Shown: positions 47,071 through 58,818 of the stretch, piece by piece
Layout of the letters: each line of letters begins with the position of its first letter
Position numbering within the stretch: position 1 is the first letter of the stretch
Origin: Escherichia coli
GTDB lineage: Bacteria; Pseudomonadota; Gammaproteobacteria; Enterobacterales; Enterobacteriaceae
DNA length: 64,000 nucleotides
NCBI RefSeq assembly: GCF_003991155.1
Contig: NZ_CP031293.1
Direction: 5' to 3' (one strand)
Made by a program: the position numbers and the translations under genes
Notes under the pieces: generated by a model
Told to the model about the DNA's origin: nothing
What the model saw: the letters and a program-made list of their open reading frames with translations, nothing else
Database searches by the model: none

Positions 47071-47318
47071 AATTTCTCACATGTAATTCTAATCACTCAT
47101 CATTATAGATAATTGAAGAGTGAAATGATTAACCAAGTGAGCGTTTATCGACAACCGCCCGTTTTGAGCGGATGTCGACAGGTAAAACCATTTAAAAAAG
47201 CAGCATCATATATTTGAAGCGACTTTCAATGGCCATTGCAACACAGTCAGAAATGACAGGAATAGAGAGAGTAAAAAGCAACAACAGACTGAATATAGCG
47301 CGCATTAAAAGATTCATA

Positions 47319-48767
47319 TTATTCTCCATGCTCATTTTTCTTCAGCTTGCGCATCAGAAGCCACATACGTACTGTCCTGACTTTTAAATCTTTATCAGAG
47401 ACGGATTCCTTCACCAGATCAGCATGATGCTGATAGCCATTAAAGAAGACGTTCAGCACAACGGCGCTAAGGGTTGCGAGCATAATGCCGCTATGCAGCA
47501 ACGGTTGCAGTACGGCCGGTAACTTAGAAAAGAAATCGTGAGAGAGCGTCGGAGTCATGCCAACGCCGAGACTGATCGCCACAATATAGAGGTTGTAACG
47601 GTTGGTGGTGTAGTTACAGCGCGACAGAATTCGAATCCCTGTCGCCAGTACCATGCCGAACATCACCAGCCCAGCACCGCCCAGCACAAATTGCGGAATG
47701 GAGGCGACCAGCACCGCCATTTTTGGCACCATGCCAAACAGGATTAATATAATTCCCGAAGAAATACACACCCAGCGGCTATGAACGCGCGTCACGCTAA
47801 CCAGGCCAACGTTTTGTGAAAATGACGTGTGGGGGAAGCTGTTAAACGTTCCGCCTATCATTGTCCCTACGCCATCGACACGCAGCCCGCGAATAATATC
47901 GTGTGAAGAGAGTTTACGACCGACTATTTCACCCAGTGCCAGGAACATCCCCATCGACTCGATAAACACGATGATTAACACGGCAGTCATGGTCAGAATG
48001 GAAACGGGATCGAAAATCGGCATACCAAATGACATCGGCGTGACAATCGCAAACCATGAAGCATCATGTAGCCCGGATAAATTGACTTCATTCATCATCC
48101 ACGAAAGTAAAAAGCCAAATACAATCCCCAGTAATACGGCGACGTTGGACATAAATCCTTTCGCATAGCGAGTAATGAGCAAGATAAAAATTAAGACAGC
48201 AAAGGAGATACCTAAATAAACGGGATTACCATATTGCGGATTTCCTTTACCTCCGGCGGCCCAGTCAATACCCACCTGAATGATGCTAAGCCCGATAGAA
48301 GTAATCACCACACCGGTAACCAGTGGCGGGAATAAAGGCATCAAGCGACCGATAAGTGGCGCTAATAATGTGGTGATAAAACCCGCGGCGATAGTGGCAC
48401 CAAATATCCCCAGCAGGCCGATATCCGGGTTCATCCCAATGGCTATCATTGGTGTTACAGCGGCGAAGGTCACCGACATAATCACCGGCAGGCGGATCCC
48501 CATAAAGCGGCCGATACCGATACATTGCAATAATGTGACGATCCCGCAGCAAAAGAGATCCGAGCTAATGAGCATCGCAATAGCTTCTTTTGAGAGGCCC
48601 AGTCGGTCACCAATCATAAGTGGAACAGCGACTGCACCTGCGTACATGACAAGGACGTGTTGCAGACCGAGTATGATCAGCTTTCCTGGTGATAATATGC
48701 GGTCAACCTCATCAGTTGGGCGGTCTTGCCCAGAAGATGAGGGAAGTTGGGAATCTATGGCGCTCAT
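47319..48767 (-). CDS. uacT: Uric acid/xanthine permease (NCS2/NAT family), 482 aa
   Basis: ORF 47319..48896 trimmed to MSAIDSQLPSSSGQDR; polytopic NAT-family transporter. Confidence 0.88.
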   Translation of the reverse strand: MSAIDSQLPSSSGQDRPTDEVDRILSPGKLIILGLQHVLVMYAGAVAVPLMIGDRLGLSKEAIAMLISSDLFCCGIVTLLQCIGIGRFMGIRLPVIMSVTFAAVTPMIAIGMNPDIGLLGIFGATIAAGFITTLLAPLIGRLMPLFPPLVTGVVITSIGLSIIQVGIDWAAGGKGNPQYGNPVYLGISFAVLIFILLITRYAKGFMSNVAVLLGIVFGFLLSWMMNEVNLSGLHDASWFAIVTPMSFGMPIFDPVSILTMTAVLIIVFIESMGMFLALGEIVGRKLSSHDIIRGLRVDGVGTMIGGTFNSFPHTSFSQNVGLVSVTRVHSRWVCISSGIILILFGMVPKMAVLVASIPQFVLGGAGLVMFGMVLATGIRILSRCNYTTNRYNLYIVAISLGVGMTPTLSHDFFSKLPAVLQPLLHSGIMLATLSAVVLNVFFNGYQHHADLVKESVSDKDLKVRTVRMWLLMRKLKKNEHGE

Positions 48768-49202
48768 CAGTGTTTCTCCTTTCGCCCGCCAGAGTAAAAA
48801 GCAACCGTTTACGTTCATGAAACTGTCTAAATACATGCTCGTGGAGTGCCAGTTTTTGCGAGGAAGGGGAGTTAGAGACAGGAATTGCGGAGGCAATCAC
48901 ATAATCGTGGTTAAACCACGAAAATGAGAAGAGAACCTGACAATGGAATTATCTGTAATTTTCTCATATTGATATTTCATTAATCATTCTGGCATGTCGC
49001 ACTCTCGCATTTAATCGTTTTTATCTGGTTAGCTCTCTTTTGGTCGGCAATGTTGAAATAATGAAAGCGGCACAGATTGAGGGGCAATAATTTGAACTCA
49101 GTCGCAAAATTATAATTAAATCGGCCATGCTACCTAATATATGCCCGTTTATTGCATCGCGAAATTTGAGAAGACATAACTCATTAAATGAAAGGGATGC
49201 AA

Positions 49203-51122
49203 ATGAATAAGTTTATCGCTGCTGAAGCTGCGGAATGTATAGGCTGTCATGCTTGTGAAATTGCCTGTGCGATGGCACATAATCAAGAAAACTGGCCGCT
49301 GAGTCACAGTGACTTTCGACCGCGTATCCACGTTGTAGGGAAAGGCCAGGCTGCGAATCCGGTGGCCTGCCATCACTGCAACAATGCCCCTTGCGTTACG
49401 GCTTGTCCGGTTAATGCTCTGACTTTCCAGCCCGATAGCGTACAACTGGACGAGCAAAAATGTATTGGTTGTAAAAGATGCGCAATCGCTTGCCCCTTTG
49501 GCGTCGTTGAGATGGTCGATACGATTGCGCAGAAATGCGACCTTTGTAACCAGCGCAGTTCCGGCACGCAAGCCTGTATTGACGTCTGCCCAACACAGGC
49601 GTTACGGCTGATGGACGATAAAGGGTTGCAGCAGATAAAGGTGGCCCGCCAGTGCAAAACGGCAGCAGGAAAAGCGTCATCAGACGCTCAGCCATCTCGC
49701 AGTGCAGCGTTGCTCCCCGTTAACTCGCGTAAAGGCGCAGATAAAATTTCAGCGAGTGAACGGAAAACCCACTTTGGCGAAATTTATTGCGGGCTGGATC
49801 CACAACAAGCGACTTATGAGAGTGACCGCTGTGTTTATTGCGCCGAAAAAGCTAACTGCAACTGGCATTGCCCGCTGCATAACGCTATTCCGGATTACAT
49901 CCGTCTGGTGCAGGAAGGAAAGATTATTGAAGCGGCAGAACTTTGCCACCAGACCAGTTCCTTACCCGAAATCTGCGGCAGGGTATGTCCACAGGACCGT
50001 CTTTGTGAAGGCGCATGTACTTTGAAAGATCACTCTGGCGCAGTCTCTATCGGGAATCTGGAACGCTACATCACCGATACTGCGTTGGCGATGGGCTGGC
50101 GTCCCGATGTCAGCATGGTGGTTCCCCGTAGCGAAAAAGTGGCGGTGATTGGCGCTGGGCCTGCAGGATTAGGGTGTGCTGATATCCTGGTGCGCGCGGG
50201 AGTTCAGGTTGATGTCTTTGATCGTCATCCAGAAATTGGCGGTATGCTGACTTTTGGCATTCCTCCTTTCAAACTCGATAAAACAGTCTTAAGCCAGCGG
50301 CGAGAGATATTCACCGCAATGGGAATCGACTTTCATCTTAACTGTGAAATTGGCCGCGATATTACCTTTAGCGATTTAACTTCTGAATATGATGCAGTTT
50401 TCATCGGCGTGGGGACTTACGGGATGATGCGAGCAGATCTGCCGCATGAAGATGCGCCCGGTGTCATTCAGGCTCTACCGTTCCTGACGGCCCATACCCG
50501 CCAGCTCATGGGGTTGCCGGAGTCTGAAGAGTATCCGCTGACGGATGTGGAAGGTAAGCGAGTCGTGGTATTGGGCGGTGGCGATACGACCATGGATTGT
50601 TTGCGGACTTCCATCCGCCTCAATGCCGCCAGCGTGACCTGCGCGTATCGTCGTGATGAAGTCAGTATGCCGGGCTCGCGCAAAGAGGTGGTCAATGCGC
50701 GCGAGGAAGGTGTCGAGTTTCAGTTCAATGTTCAGCCGCAATATATCGCTTGTGACGAAGATGGGCGTTTAACTGCGGTGGGCCTGATTCGTACCGCCAT
50801 GGGTGAGCCGGGGCCGGATGGTCGCCGTCGTCCTCGTCCGGTAGCGGGTTCAGAGTTTGAATTGCCCGCCGATGTTCTCATTATGGCCTTTGGTTTCCAG
50901 GCGCATGCCATGCCGTGGTTGCAGGGCAGCGGAATTAAACTCGATAAATGGGGCCTGATTCAAACCGGTGACGTCGGGTATTTACCTACCCAGACGCATC
51001 TGAAAAAAGTCTTTGCTGGTGGTGATGCTGTTCATGGCGCGGATCTGGTTGTCACTGCAATGGCCGCAGGAAGGCAGGCGGCGCGCGATATGTTAACTCT
51101 GTTTGATACGAAGGCATCGTGA
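49203..51122 (+). CDS. ygfT: Fused 4Fe-4S ferredoxin / pyridine-nucleotide-disulfide oxidoreductase (GltD-like), 639 aa
   Basis: ORF 49188..51122 trimmed to [22 protein letters not shown]; multiple CxxCxxCxxxCP motifs then an FAD/NAD(P)-binding GAGPAG domain. Confidence 0.88.
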   Translation: MNKFIAAEAAECIGCHACEIACAMAHNQENWPLSHSDFRPRIHVVGKGQAANPVACHHCNNAPCVTACPVNALTFQPDSVQLDEQKCIGCKRCAIACPFGVVEMVDTIAQKCDLCNQRSSGTQACIDVCPTQALRLMDDKGLQQIKVARQCKTAAGKASSDAQPSRSAALLPVNSRKGADKISASERKTHFGEIYCGLDPQQATYESDRCVYCAEKANCNWHCPLHNAIPDYIRLVQEGKIIEAAELCHQTSSLPEICGRVCPQDRLCEGACTLKDHSGAVSIGNLERYITDTALAMGWRPDVSMVVPRSEKVAVIGAGPAGLGCADILVRAGVQVDVFDRHPEIGGMLTFGIPPFKLDKTVLSQRREIFTAMGIDFHLNCEIGRDITFSDLTSEYDAVFIGVGTYGMMRADLPHEDAPGVIQALPFLTAHTRQLMGLPESEEYPLTDVEGKRVVVLGGGDTTMDCLRTSIRLNAASVTCAYRRDEVSMPGSRKEVVNAREEGVEFQFNVQPQYIACDEDGRLTAVGLIRTAMGEPGPDGRRRPRPVAGSEFELPADVLIMAFGFQAHAMPWLQGSGIKLDKWGLIQTGDVGYLPTQTHLKKVFAGGDAVHGADLVVTAMAAGRQAARDMLTLFDTKAS

Positions 51123-51610
51123 TGAAATCGTTAATTATCGTTAATCCGGCTGACTGTATTGGCTGCCGTACTTGTGAAGTAGCCTGTGTGGTCGCTCACC
51201 CTTCAGAACAGGAGTTGAATGCCGATGTCTTTTTACCCCGGCTGAAGGTACAGCGACTGGACAGCATCAGTGCGCCGGTGATGTGCCATCAGTGTGAAAA
51301 CGCCCCTTGTGTTAGCGCTTGCCCCGTGGGGGCGCTGACGATGGGCGAGCAGGTGGTGCAGACCAATTCTGCCCGTTGTATTGGCTGTCAGAGTTGCGTC
51401 AGTGCGTGCCCGTTTGGAATGATCACCATTCAGTCGTTGCCGGGGGATACCCGGCAACAAATCGTGAAATGCGATCTCTGTGAACAGCGGGAAGAGGGGC
51501 CAGCCTGCGTTGAATCTTGCCCAACACAGGCGCTGCAGTTGCTTACTGAAAGAGAACTCAGGCGAGTCCGCCAGCAGCGTATTGTTGCCAGCGGTGAGAA
51601 TCCTCTGTGA
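51119..51610 (+). CDS. ygfS: 4Fe-4S ferredoxin-type protein, 163 aa
   Basis: ORF 51119..51610; four Cys clusters; start overlaps the ygfT stop. Confidence 0.88.
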   Translation: MMKSLIIVNPADCIGCRTCEVACVVAHPSEQELNADVFLPRLKVQRLDSISAPVMCHQCENAPCVSACPVGALTMGEQVVQTNSARCIGCQSCVSACPFGMITIQSLPGDTRQQIVKCDLCEQREEGPACVESCPTQALQLLTERELRRVRQQRIVASGENPL

Positions 51611-51650
51611 AAGAAATCTCCGCGCTGAAAGGCGCGGAGAATCTATTAGA
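51611..51650. terminator. Bidirectional terminator between convergent ygfS and ygfQ
   Basis: tctccgcgctgaaaggcgcggaga hairpin (51617-51640) with T-rich flank on the minus strand. Confidence 0.6.
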
Positions 51651-53013
51651 TTGCCCAACCACCCGCGTAAAATGCGACCAGTGCGGCAGTAATGATCACC
51701 GTACCAATATTCAGCTTTTGCCATTCGCGGGCAAAGACGCGGCCTACGACCAGTGTCACAAAGCCCAGCATAATACCGGTAACGATATTACAAGTCAGAA
51801 CGATGAACACGGCACACACCAGGCCAGCCATTGCGTCAATAAAATCATTGAAATCCAGCTTCGAGACGTTACTTAACATCAGCAAACCTACGTACATCAG
51901 AGCGGGTGCAGTGGCGTAACCAGGGATCAAAAATGACAGCGGTGATAAGAACAGAATCAGCAGGAATAACGCCCCCACTACGGTTGCGGTTAACCCTGTT
52001 TTACCCCCGGCGGCGGTTCCTGCCGCTGATTCGATATAAACCGCTGCGGGCGCTGCGCCCACCAGGCCGGAGAATATTGAACTTACTGAGTCACTGGTCA
52101 GGGCTTTGCCGCCGTTGATGATCTGGTTGTCTTTATCCAACAAATTCGCCTGACCGGCGACGGCACGGATGGTGCCAGTGGCGTCGAACACTGCGGTCAT
52201 CACCAATGCCAGTACACTCGGAAGTACAGTTGGCTGGAGTGCGCCCATAATATCGAGGCTGAAAATCAGAGACTTACCATCTTCGCCAGTCAGGCTTGGC
52301 ATCGCCACCAGACCGTGGTATTTCACCGCTGGATCAAAGATTAAGCCGATGATCGAGATGGCAATAATCACCAACAAGATCCCGCCGGGTACGCGGCACT
52401 TTTCCAGACCGAAGATGACCGCCAGCCCCAGTAAGCTCATCATCACCGGGAAGGAGGTAAACGCACCGAGTGCCACTGGCAAGCCTTCAATCGGGTTTTT
52501 GATAACCATTCCCACACCGTTAGCAGCAATCAGCAGCAGAAACAGGCCGATACCGATACCTGTACCGTGAGCTATCCCCATCGGTAAATTACGTAAGATC
52601 CAGGTACGCACACCGGTTACGGAAATGGCGGTGAAGATGACGCCCATCAGAAAGACCGCGCCCAGTGCGACAGGAACGCTAATTTGTTGCCCGAGTACCA
52701 GACTGAATGCGGTAAACGCCGTCAGGGAAATCGCGCAACCAATCGCCATTGGCAAATTGGCCCATAACCCCATCAGCAACGAGCCGAAGCCCGCGACCAG
52801 ACAGGTGGCAACAAACACAGCTGCGGGAGGAAAACCTGCTTTGCCCAGCATTCCCGGAACAACGATAACGGAATAAACCATGGCCAGAAAGGTCGTTAAG
52901 CCAGCCAGTACTTCCTGACGAACGGTACTGCCACGAGCGGTAATTTTAAAATAATTATCCAGCGCGCCTTGTGGCTTTGGTGCGTCCGGTGTTTGTAGGA
53001 TGTCTCCAGACAT
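51646..53013 (-). CDS. ygfQ: Putative purine permease (NCS2-related), 455 aa
   Basis: ORF 51646..53013; polytopic membrane transporter. Confidence 0.85.
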   Translation of the reverse strand: MSGDILQTPDAPKPQGALDNYFKITARGSTVRQEVLAGLTTFLAMVYSVIVVPGMLGKAGFPPAAVFVATCLVAGFGSLLMGLWANLPMAIGCAISLTAFTAFSLVLGQQISVPVALGAVFLMGVIFTAISVTGVRTWILRNLPMGIAHGTGIGIGLFLLLIAANGVGMVIKNPIEGLPVALGAFTSFPVMMSLLGLAVIFGLEKCRVPGGILLVIIAISIIGLIFDPAVKYHGLVAMPSLTGEDGKSLIFSLDIMGALQPTVLPSVLALVMTAVFDATGTIRAVAGQANLLDKDNQIINGGKALTSDSVSSIFSGLVGAAPAAVYIESAAGTAAGGKTGLTATVVGALFLLILFLSPLSFLIPGYATAPALMYVGLLMLSNVSKLDFNDFIDAMAGLVCAVFIVLTCNIVTGIMLGFVTLVVGRVFAREWQKLNIGTVIITAALVAFYAGGWAI

Positions 53014-53048
53014 AATGATGTCCTCACGAGGATGTTAAAGTTTTATTA

Positions 53049-54368
53049 TTAGTTGCGTTCGTACACCAGACGACCATCAACGTAGGTGCGGTAGATCGAA
53101 CGGTCATCGCCCAACGTCATCATCACGAACAATTTGTCGACTAAAGAAACAGAGTTGTCATAGCGCAGCTGCTGTAGCGGAGTGGCGGTGGGTTCCATCA
53201 CCACGAAATCAGCCTCTTTGCCAGGTAAAAAGTTGCCAATCAAATCGTCAAGGCCCAGAGATTTCGCTCCGCCGAGCGTGGCCAGGTAAAATGCTTCATA
53301 TGCCGAGAGGCGATAGCCTTGTAGTTGCAACACTTTGTAGGCTTCGTTTAGCGTTTGCAGCATGTTGAAAGTTGTTCCGGCACCGATATCCGTTCCCATG
53401 CCCACTTTGACTTTCTTCTGCCATGCTTTTTTCAAGTTGAATAAGCCGCTGCCGAGGTAAAGGTTGGAGGTCGGACAGAAAGCAATGCTGGATTTGGTTT
53501 CGCTGAGACGATCCCACTCTTTTTCTTCGAGATGGACGCAGTGAGCAAAGACACAGTTTTTACCGGTCAGGCCGTACTGATGGTAAACATCCAGATAACC
53601 ATCATGGTCAGGATAAAGAGATTTCACCCAGGCAATTTCATCTTTGTTTTCACAGAGATGGGTATGTACCCACGTATCCGGATATTCTTCTTTCAGGCGT
53701 TGCGCCATCGCCATCTGTTCAGGAGATGAGGTAGGGGCGAAGCGTGGCGTAATCGCATACAACAGACGACCATTTTTGTGCCAGCGCTCGATCAGTTCTT
53801 TGCTTTGGTGATAGCTGCTTTCGGCAGTGTCGAGCAGATAATCCGGTGCGTTGCGGTCCATCATCACCTTACCGGCAATCATACGCATATTGATATGACT
53901 GGCGGCTTCAAACAGCGCATCAACGGATTGCGGATGAACAGTGCCAAACACCAGCGCCGTGGTGGTTCCGTTACGTAAAAGCTGCTTGATGAAGAATGCC
54001 GACATTTCGCGGGCGTACTCTAAATCCTCATAACGACGTTCAGTAGGGAAGGTGTGTTTATTCAACCATTCCAGCAATTGCTCACCATAGGCCCCCACCA
54101 TTTCACTTTGCGGATAATGGATATGTGTATCGACAAAGCCCGGTACTATCAGTTTGCCGCGATAGTCGCGCACGCGAATGGTGTCAGGAATTTGATGCTT
54201 TCCGTTTTCCCATTCGCCAAACCATTCCACTTTTCCCTGTTTAATGAGTAATAAACCATCCTCAATAAACCGCAGCGCAGAGGCAATCTCTTCCGGGTTA
54301 TCGACCGTACGGGTGACATCAATAAAACTGCCTCGTACCGCTTTTAACGTGTGTTCTCCTGACATCAT
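53049..54368 (-). CDS. guaD: Guanine deaminase, 439 aa
   Basis: ORF 53049..54488 trimmed to MMSGEHTLKAVRGSF (the longer form would overlap xanQ); amidohydrolase metal-binding motifs (FVDTHIH). Confidence 0.9.
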   Translation of the reverse strand: MMSGEHTLKAVRGSFIDVTRTVDNPEEIASALRFIEDGLLLIKQGKVEWFGEWENGKHQIPDTIRVRDYRGKLIVPGFVDTHIHYPQSEMVGAYGEQLLEWLNKHTFPTERRYEDLEYAREMSAFFIKQLLRNGTTTALVFGTVHPQSVDALFEAASHINMRMIAGKVMMDRNAPDYLLDTAESSYHQSKELIERWHKNGRLLYAITPRFAPTSSPEQMAMAQRLKEEYPDTWVHTHLCENKDEIAWVKSLYPDHDGYLDVYHQYGLTGKNCVFAHCVHLEEKEWDRLSETKSSIAFCPTSNLYLGSGLFNLKKAWQKKVKVGMGTDIGAGTTFNMLQTLNEAYKVLQLQGYRLSAYEAFYLATLGGAKSLGLDDLIGNFLPGKEADFVVMEPTATPLQQLRYDNSVSLVDKLFVMMTLGDDRSIYRTYVDGRLVYERN

Positions 54369-54382
54369 TGACTCCTTTACTG

Positions 54383-55783
54383 TTAATCCATCTCTTCCGC
54401 TGAGGTAATACCAGGCAGAACGTTTTCCTGTCGGTAGCCACCAGGGAGGATAATATTTAATAAAATCGCAGTTAACCCGCCGGCACAAATAGGGTTTTCA
54501 ACTAATACATAAATAGAGGCTGGCAATATTTTAAAAATTTCGGGATCGTAGGAGACGCCAAGCCCTAAACCTAAAGAAGTGGCGACAATAAGTGTTTCAC
54601 GCCGCTTTAATCCGTTGGTGATGATGATGCGAATCCCAGCGATGGCAATCATGGAAAACATCAACGTCATTGCGCCTCCCAGAACTGCCGAGGGAATGGT
54701 CGTGAAGAAGCCGCCAATCATCGGAAATAAGCCGAGGATAACCAGCATTACCGCGATGGTTCGCCCGACATAACGTGAAGCGACGCCAGTCATCTGAATA
54801 ACCCCATTATTTTGCGCAAACGTGGTTAATGGTAATGAACCGACAGCGGAGGCGATAACAGAAACCAGACCATCTGCCAGCACGCCGCCTTTCAGTCGGG
54901 ACTGATACTCTTCCCCCTGAATGGGGCGGCGGGAAACCATTGCCGTGGCGGTGATATCGCCGACTGCTTCCAGCACGCTAAGCAGATAAATCGTGCCAAC
55001 CACCAGGAACTGATGGAAGCTAAAACTAAAGCCGTATTTGAACGGATGCGGGATGGTGATTAACGGCAAATTGCGCATACTGCTGAAATCCACCATGCCC
55101 AGGCATAACGATGCGATATAGCCGACACATAGCCCAATGGCGATCCCTCCCATGCGTAGCAACGGACTGCGACAGCAGTTAAAGCCGATCACCACAATTA
55201 AAACCAATAAACCAACGCCGAGATGTTCGTAATTGCCGAACGTACCGCTGCTTTTGGCTGCAAATCCTCCACCAAAATCGATAATGCCGACTTTAATCAG
55301 GCTTAAGCCGATCATCAGCACCACAATGCCGCTGACGGTAGGCGTAATAACCCGACGTAAATAGGGCAGGATAAAAGAAGAGCCGACAACCAGAAATGCG
55401 CCAACGAAGGAGACGCCGAGGAGCGACGACATGATTAACTCTTCGTGAAAACCGTCGCTTTTCATGCTGCTGCCCAGCGCAATCATGACCGTAACAAATG
55501 AAAAATTGACTGACTGAATTGAGAGAAGACCAGAACCGACGATGCCGTAGCGGTTTACCTGTAACCAGGTACCAATACCAGAGGCGATCATCGCCATAGA
55601 AACAAGATAGGCCGTTGTTTCAGCGGAAAGCTGTAAGGCCGCACCCACGATTAACGCGGGGGTTACCATCGGAACGAAAATTGCCAACAGATGGGTAATG
55701 GCACCTACGAGAGCCTGATGAAAGGGAGGGCGATCCTCCAGTTCAAATATAAGGTCAGAACCTGCATGGTTTATATCAGACAT
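54383..55783 (-). CDS. xanQ: Xanthine permease (NAT family), 466 aa
   Basis: ORF 54383..55840 trimmed to MSDINHAGSDLIFELEDRPPFHQA. Confidence 0.9.
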   Translation of the reverse strand: MSDINHAGSDLIFELEDRPPFHQALVGAITHLLAIFVPMVTPALIVGAALQLSAETTAYLVSMAMIASGIGTWLQVNRYGIVGSGLLSIQSVNFSFVTVMIALGSSMKSDGFHEELIMSSLLGVSFVGAFLVVGSSFILPYLRRVITPTVSGIVVLMIGLSLIKVGIIDFGGGFAAKSSGTFGNYEHLGVGLLVLIVVIGFNCCRSPLLRMGGIAIGLCVGYIASLCLGMVDFSSMRNLPLITIPHPFKYGFSFSFHQFLVVGTIYLLSVLEAVGDITATAMVSRRPIQGEEYQSRLKGGVLADGLVSVIASAVGSLPLTTFAQNNGVIQMTGVASRYVGRTIAVMLVILGLFPMIGGFFTTIPSAVLGGAMTLMFSMIAIAGIRIIITNGLKRRETLIVATSLGLGLGVSYDPEIFKILPASIYVLVENPICAGGLTAILLNIILPGGYRQENVLPGITSAEEMD

Positions 55784-55904
55784 CCCTTCACTCCTTTTAA
55801 AGTAAATTTGATCATCTGAATTAGTAAAATAAATTCCCACGAATTTGGGGCGCAGGACGCCTTGAGAACGGCTTATCTCATTTTCGCAGTCACTATTTAG
55901 TCAT

Positions 55905-55940
55905 CGTTCAAACAGAGAAACAGGCCGCCGAAGCGGCCAT
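55905..55940 (-). terminator. Intrinsic terminator after xdhD
   Basis: ggccgcttcggcggcc hairpin directly after the xdhD stop, followed by tgtttctctgttt on the minus strand. Confidence 0.6.
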
Positions 55941-55947
55941 TTATTAC

Positions 55948-58818
55948 TTATATTTTTTCCAGCGCGGTGAGTATTTTCTCCGGTGTGAAATGCCATTCGC
56001 GTAACCAGATGCCGCAGGCATCGTGAATTGCGGTAGCAATCGCCGGAGCGGCGCCATTTACACCGATTTCCGAGATCGATTTCGCCCCGAATGGGCCGAC
56101 TTTATCGTCGCTCGGCACCAGCACAGCGCGGAAATCACGCGGAATGTCACCAATTTTCGGTGCGCCGTAACTGCGTAAATCACGCGTTAAGGGGTGACCT
56201 TCGGCGTCATAAATGATTTCTTCGCTCATACTGTGGCCGATTGCACGAAGGGTGGCACCGTAGATTTGTCCCAACGCTAACTCTGGATTGACCGGTGTAC
56301 CGCAATCCAGCAAGGCGTAGAATTTATCCAGGCGGATTTCACCCGTACGCGTGTTGACGGCAACTTCAGCAAAGTTTGCGCCATACGGGAAGGCGAAATC
56401 AGGCGTGATATAACTGCCAGTTCCCACCAGTGAACCAAAGCCTGTGCCGGTTTCGCCTTTATGGGCAATATCCCCGAAACTAACTTCGCCTTTCTTGCCG
56501 CGTACGACGCCCGGCGTTGCTAGTTGGACATCTGCCACTGGCTCACCCAACATTTGCGCACCGTGGAAAAGAATTTTCTCCCGCAGATTTTCTGCTGCCA
56601 AACGCGCCGCGTTACCCGAGAAGCAAGTACCGGACGAGGCATATGCGCCTTTATCAAACAACGCATGATCGGTATCACCGGAGATAACATGCACGTCCTG
56701 CGGTGGGCAGTGCAGCACTTCTGCTGCCAGTTTCGTCACCACGGTATCCAGACCAGTACCAATATCCGCACCGCCAGAATGAACGATAAAGGTACCGTCT
56801 GATTCCAGTTTGATCATGCAGTTAGCCTGATCGATATCCGGGATCCCTGATTTCTGCATGATAATGGCGACGCCACGACCGATGTGCCAGTCACCGTTTT
56901 GTGGTTTTGGTGAAGACCATTGGATCATCTCGCGACCCTGACGCAGGATCTCTTCCAGTGCGCAGCTGGCGGCGGAAGGAACGGAGGTCGGCGCTTTACC
57001 TTCACCGATTGCACCGAGAATTTTCAGCTCTTGCCCTTCGTGTACCCGGTTACGTTCGATAATTTCCAGTTGGTCGATCTGTAACTGTTCAGCCAGTTCC
57101 GCTAATGCCATGGTGATAGCGAAGTTACCTTTCGGTGCGCCATAACCCTGATAAGCACCATTTGGGCAAATGTTGCTGTAGTAGGTGGTGACCTGGAAAT
57201 CGACGTTATCGCACGGATATAACGGCAGCGACAGCGCCGGCCCGTTACACGGTACGGTGAGTGAGTGGTTGCCGTAAGGGCCAGTGTTGGCGCGGAAATC
57301 CATCTTCACTGCCGTCAGGCGACCATCTTTTTTCGCGCCCAGTTTGACGGTGACTTTCGCTACGTGACGAGAAGTGTTAGCAATAAACTCTTCTTCACGG
57401 GTATAGCGGAACAGTACCGGACGCCCGGTCACGCAGGTTGCCCAGGCGCACACTTCTTCCAGCAGGATGTCCTGTTTAGAACCAAAACCGCCGCCTACAC
57501 GTTCTTTAATGACATGAACTTTATGTTGTTTCATGCCCACGAGGCGCGCGACCTGGCGGCGTAAGTGCCATGGTACCTGGGTGGAGGCGTGGATCACCAG
57601 ACGATCGCCGTCCATACGGGTAAAGCAGATATGTGTTTCAGTCGGGCACTGCTGCGCCTGCGTTGAGTTATAGGTTCGCTCAATGATCACATCGGCATCG
57701 GCAAAGCCTTTGTCCATATCGCCAATATGACCATGAATACTGGCAGCGATATTTTTGCGTGGGCGAGAACCGATCGGGAAGTTGATGATCATATGCTCGC
57801 CGCGCTGGGCTGCATGGCTGTTATCATCTTCCAGAGTATCTGGCGCACCAGCAACATACACCACCGGTTCATCGTGCACGACAGGCGCATCTTCCGCCAT
57901 TGCCTCGTCAATCGACATTACCGGCTTAAGCACTTCATATTCAACGTCGATGAGCTTCAGTGCTTCGAGCGCAATTTCTTCACTTTCTGCGACGACCGCA
58001 GCAACGCGATCGCCGACGTGACGCATTTTCTTGCCGAACATACGGCGGTCAAGCGGTGACGGTTCCGGTGCGCTCTGACCACCCGGGGTATAGTAGATAT
58101 CTGGGCAATTCAGGTGAGTAATAACGTGAACGACGCCCGGTAAGGCTTCAGCTTTGCTGACATCCAGATGAGTAATCAGTGCGTGAGCGTGTGGGCTACG
58201 TAACATTTTAATGACGCAGGCGTCAGCCGTTACGCGGTCTTCAACATAGCAGGGTTTCGCCTGCACCATTTTCGCGGCATCAGTTTTAGGATAATGCTTG
58301 CCAATGACTTCAAGGTCGTCACGGAAAGTCGGAGCGATATCAATGGTGGCCTGCGGATTATTTTTACGTGCAACCGCCAGTTCAATGACCTGGTAGTATT
58401 GCTGCCAGCCAGCATCGCGGCTAAACAGACCTGAGAGCGCGTCGTCGATCTCTTCGCGGGTCGGTGCGGCAATGCGATCGAGAAGATCGGTGATAATCAG
58501 AGCCGCAGCTGGATCGTTATAACCAGACTGCACCACGCCAACATCAACCATGGCCTGTTGAACCAGACTTAACTCGTTCCATTTGCCCAGAGATTCTGCG
58601 GTACGAATATCTGCCTTCTCTAACTGTGCGGCGATAAGCAAGGACGCGTTAACGATATTACCGTTAAAGATAATTGCGTCAGAACCGGCAAACCCGAATC
58701 CATCATCGCTGTTGCGTACAGAGTGCATTCCCACGTTAAACAACAGCTTTTGCACGTTTTCGCCTGGATTAACGGTTAGCTCCTGAGGCGCGCCATTTAA
58801 AGTAAAGTGGATGATCAT
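55948..58818 (-). CDS. xdhD: Molybdopterin-dependent hydroxylase, fused 2Fe-2S/molybdenum-binding subunit (xanthine dehydrogenase family), 956 aa
   Basis: ORF 55948..58818; matches recalled XdhD (YgfN). Confidence 0.9.
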   Translation of the reverse strand: MIIHFTLNGAPQELTVNPGENVQKLLFNVGMHSVRNSDDGFGFAGSDAIIFNGNIVNASLLIAAQLEKADIRTAESLGKWNELSLVQQAMVDVGVVQSGYNDPAAALIITDLLDRIAAPTREEIDDALSGLFSRDAGWQQYYQVIELAVARKNNPQATIDIAPTFRDDLEVIGKHYPKTDAAKMVQAKPCYVEDRVTADACVIKMLRSPHAHALITHLDVSKAEALPGVVHVITHLNCPDIYYTPGGQSAPEPSPLDRRMFGKKMRHVGDRVAAVVAESEEIALEALKLIDVEYEVLKPVMSIDEAMAEDAPVVHDEPVVYVAGAPDTLEDDNSHAAQRGEHMIINFPIGSRPRKNIAASIHGHIGDMDKGFADADVIIERTYNSTQAQQCPTETHICFTRMDGDRLVIHASTQVPWHLRRQVARLVGMKQHKVHVIKERVGGGFGSKQDILLEEVCAWATCVTGRPVLFRYTREEEFIANTSRHVAKVTVKLGAKKDGRLTAVKMDFRANTGPYGNHSLTVPCNGPALSLPLYPCDNVDFQVTTYYSNICPNGAYQGYGAPKGNFAITMALAELAEQLQIDQLEIIERNRVHEGQELKILGAIGEGKAPTSVPSAASCALEEILRQGREMIQWSSPKPQNGDWHIGRGVAIIMQKSGIPDIDQANCMIKLESDGTFIVHSGGADIGTGLDTVVTKLAAEVLHCPPQDVHVISGDTDHALFDKGAYASSGTCFSGNAARLAAENLREKILFHGAQMLGEPVADVQLATPGVVRGKKGEVSFGDIAHKGETGTGFGSLVGTGSYITPDFAFPYGANFAEVAVNTRTGEIRLDKFYALLDCGTPVNPELALGQIYGATLRAIGHSMSEEIIYDAEGHPLTRDLRSYGAPKIGDIPRDFRAVLVPSDDKVGPFGAKSISEIGVNGAAPAIATAIHDACGIWLREWHFTPEKILTALEKI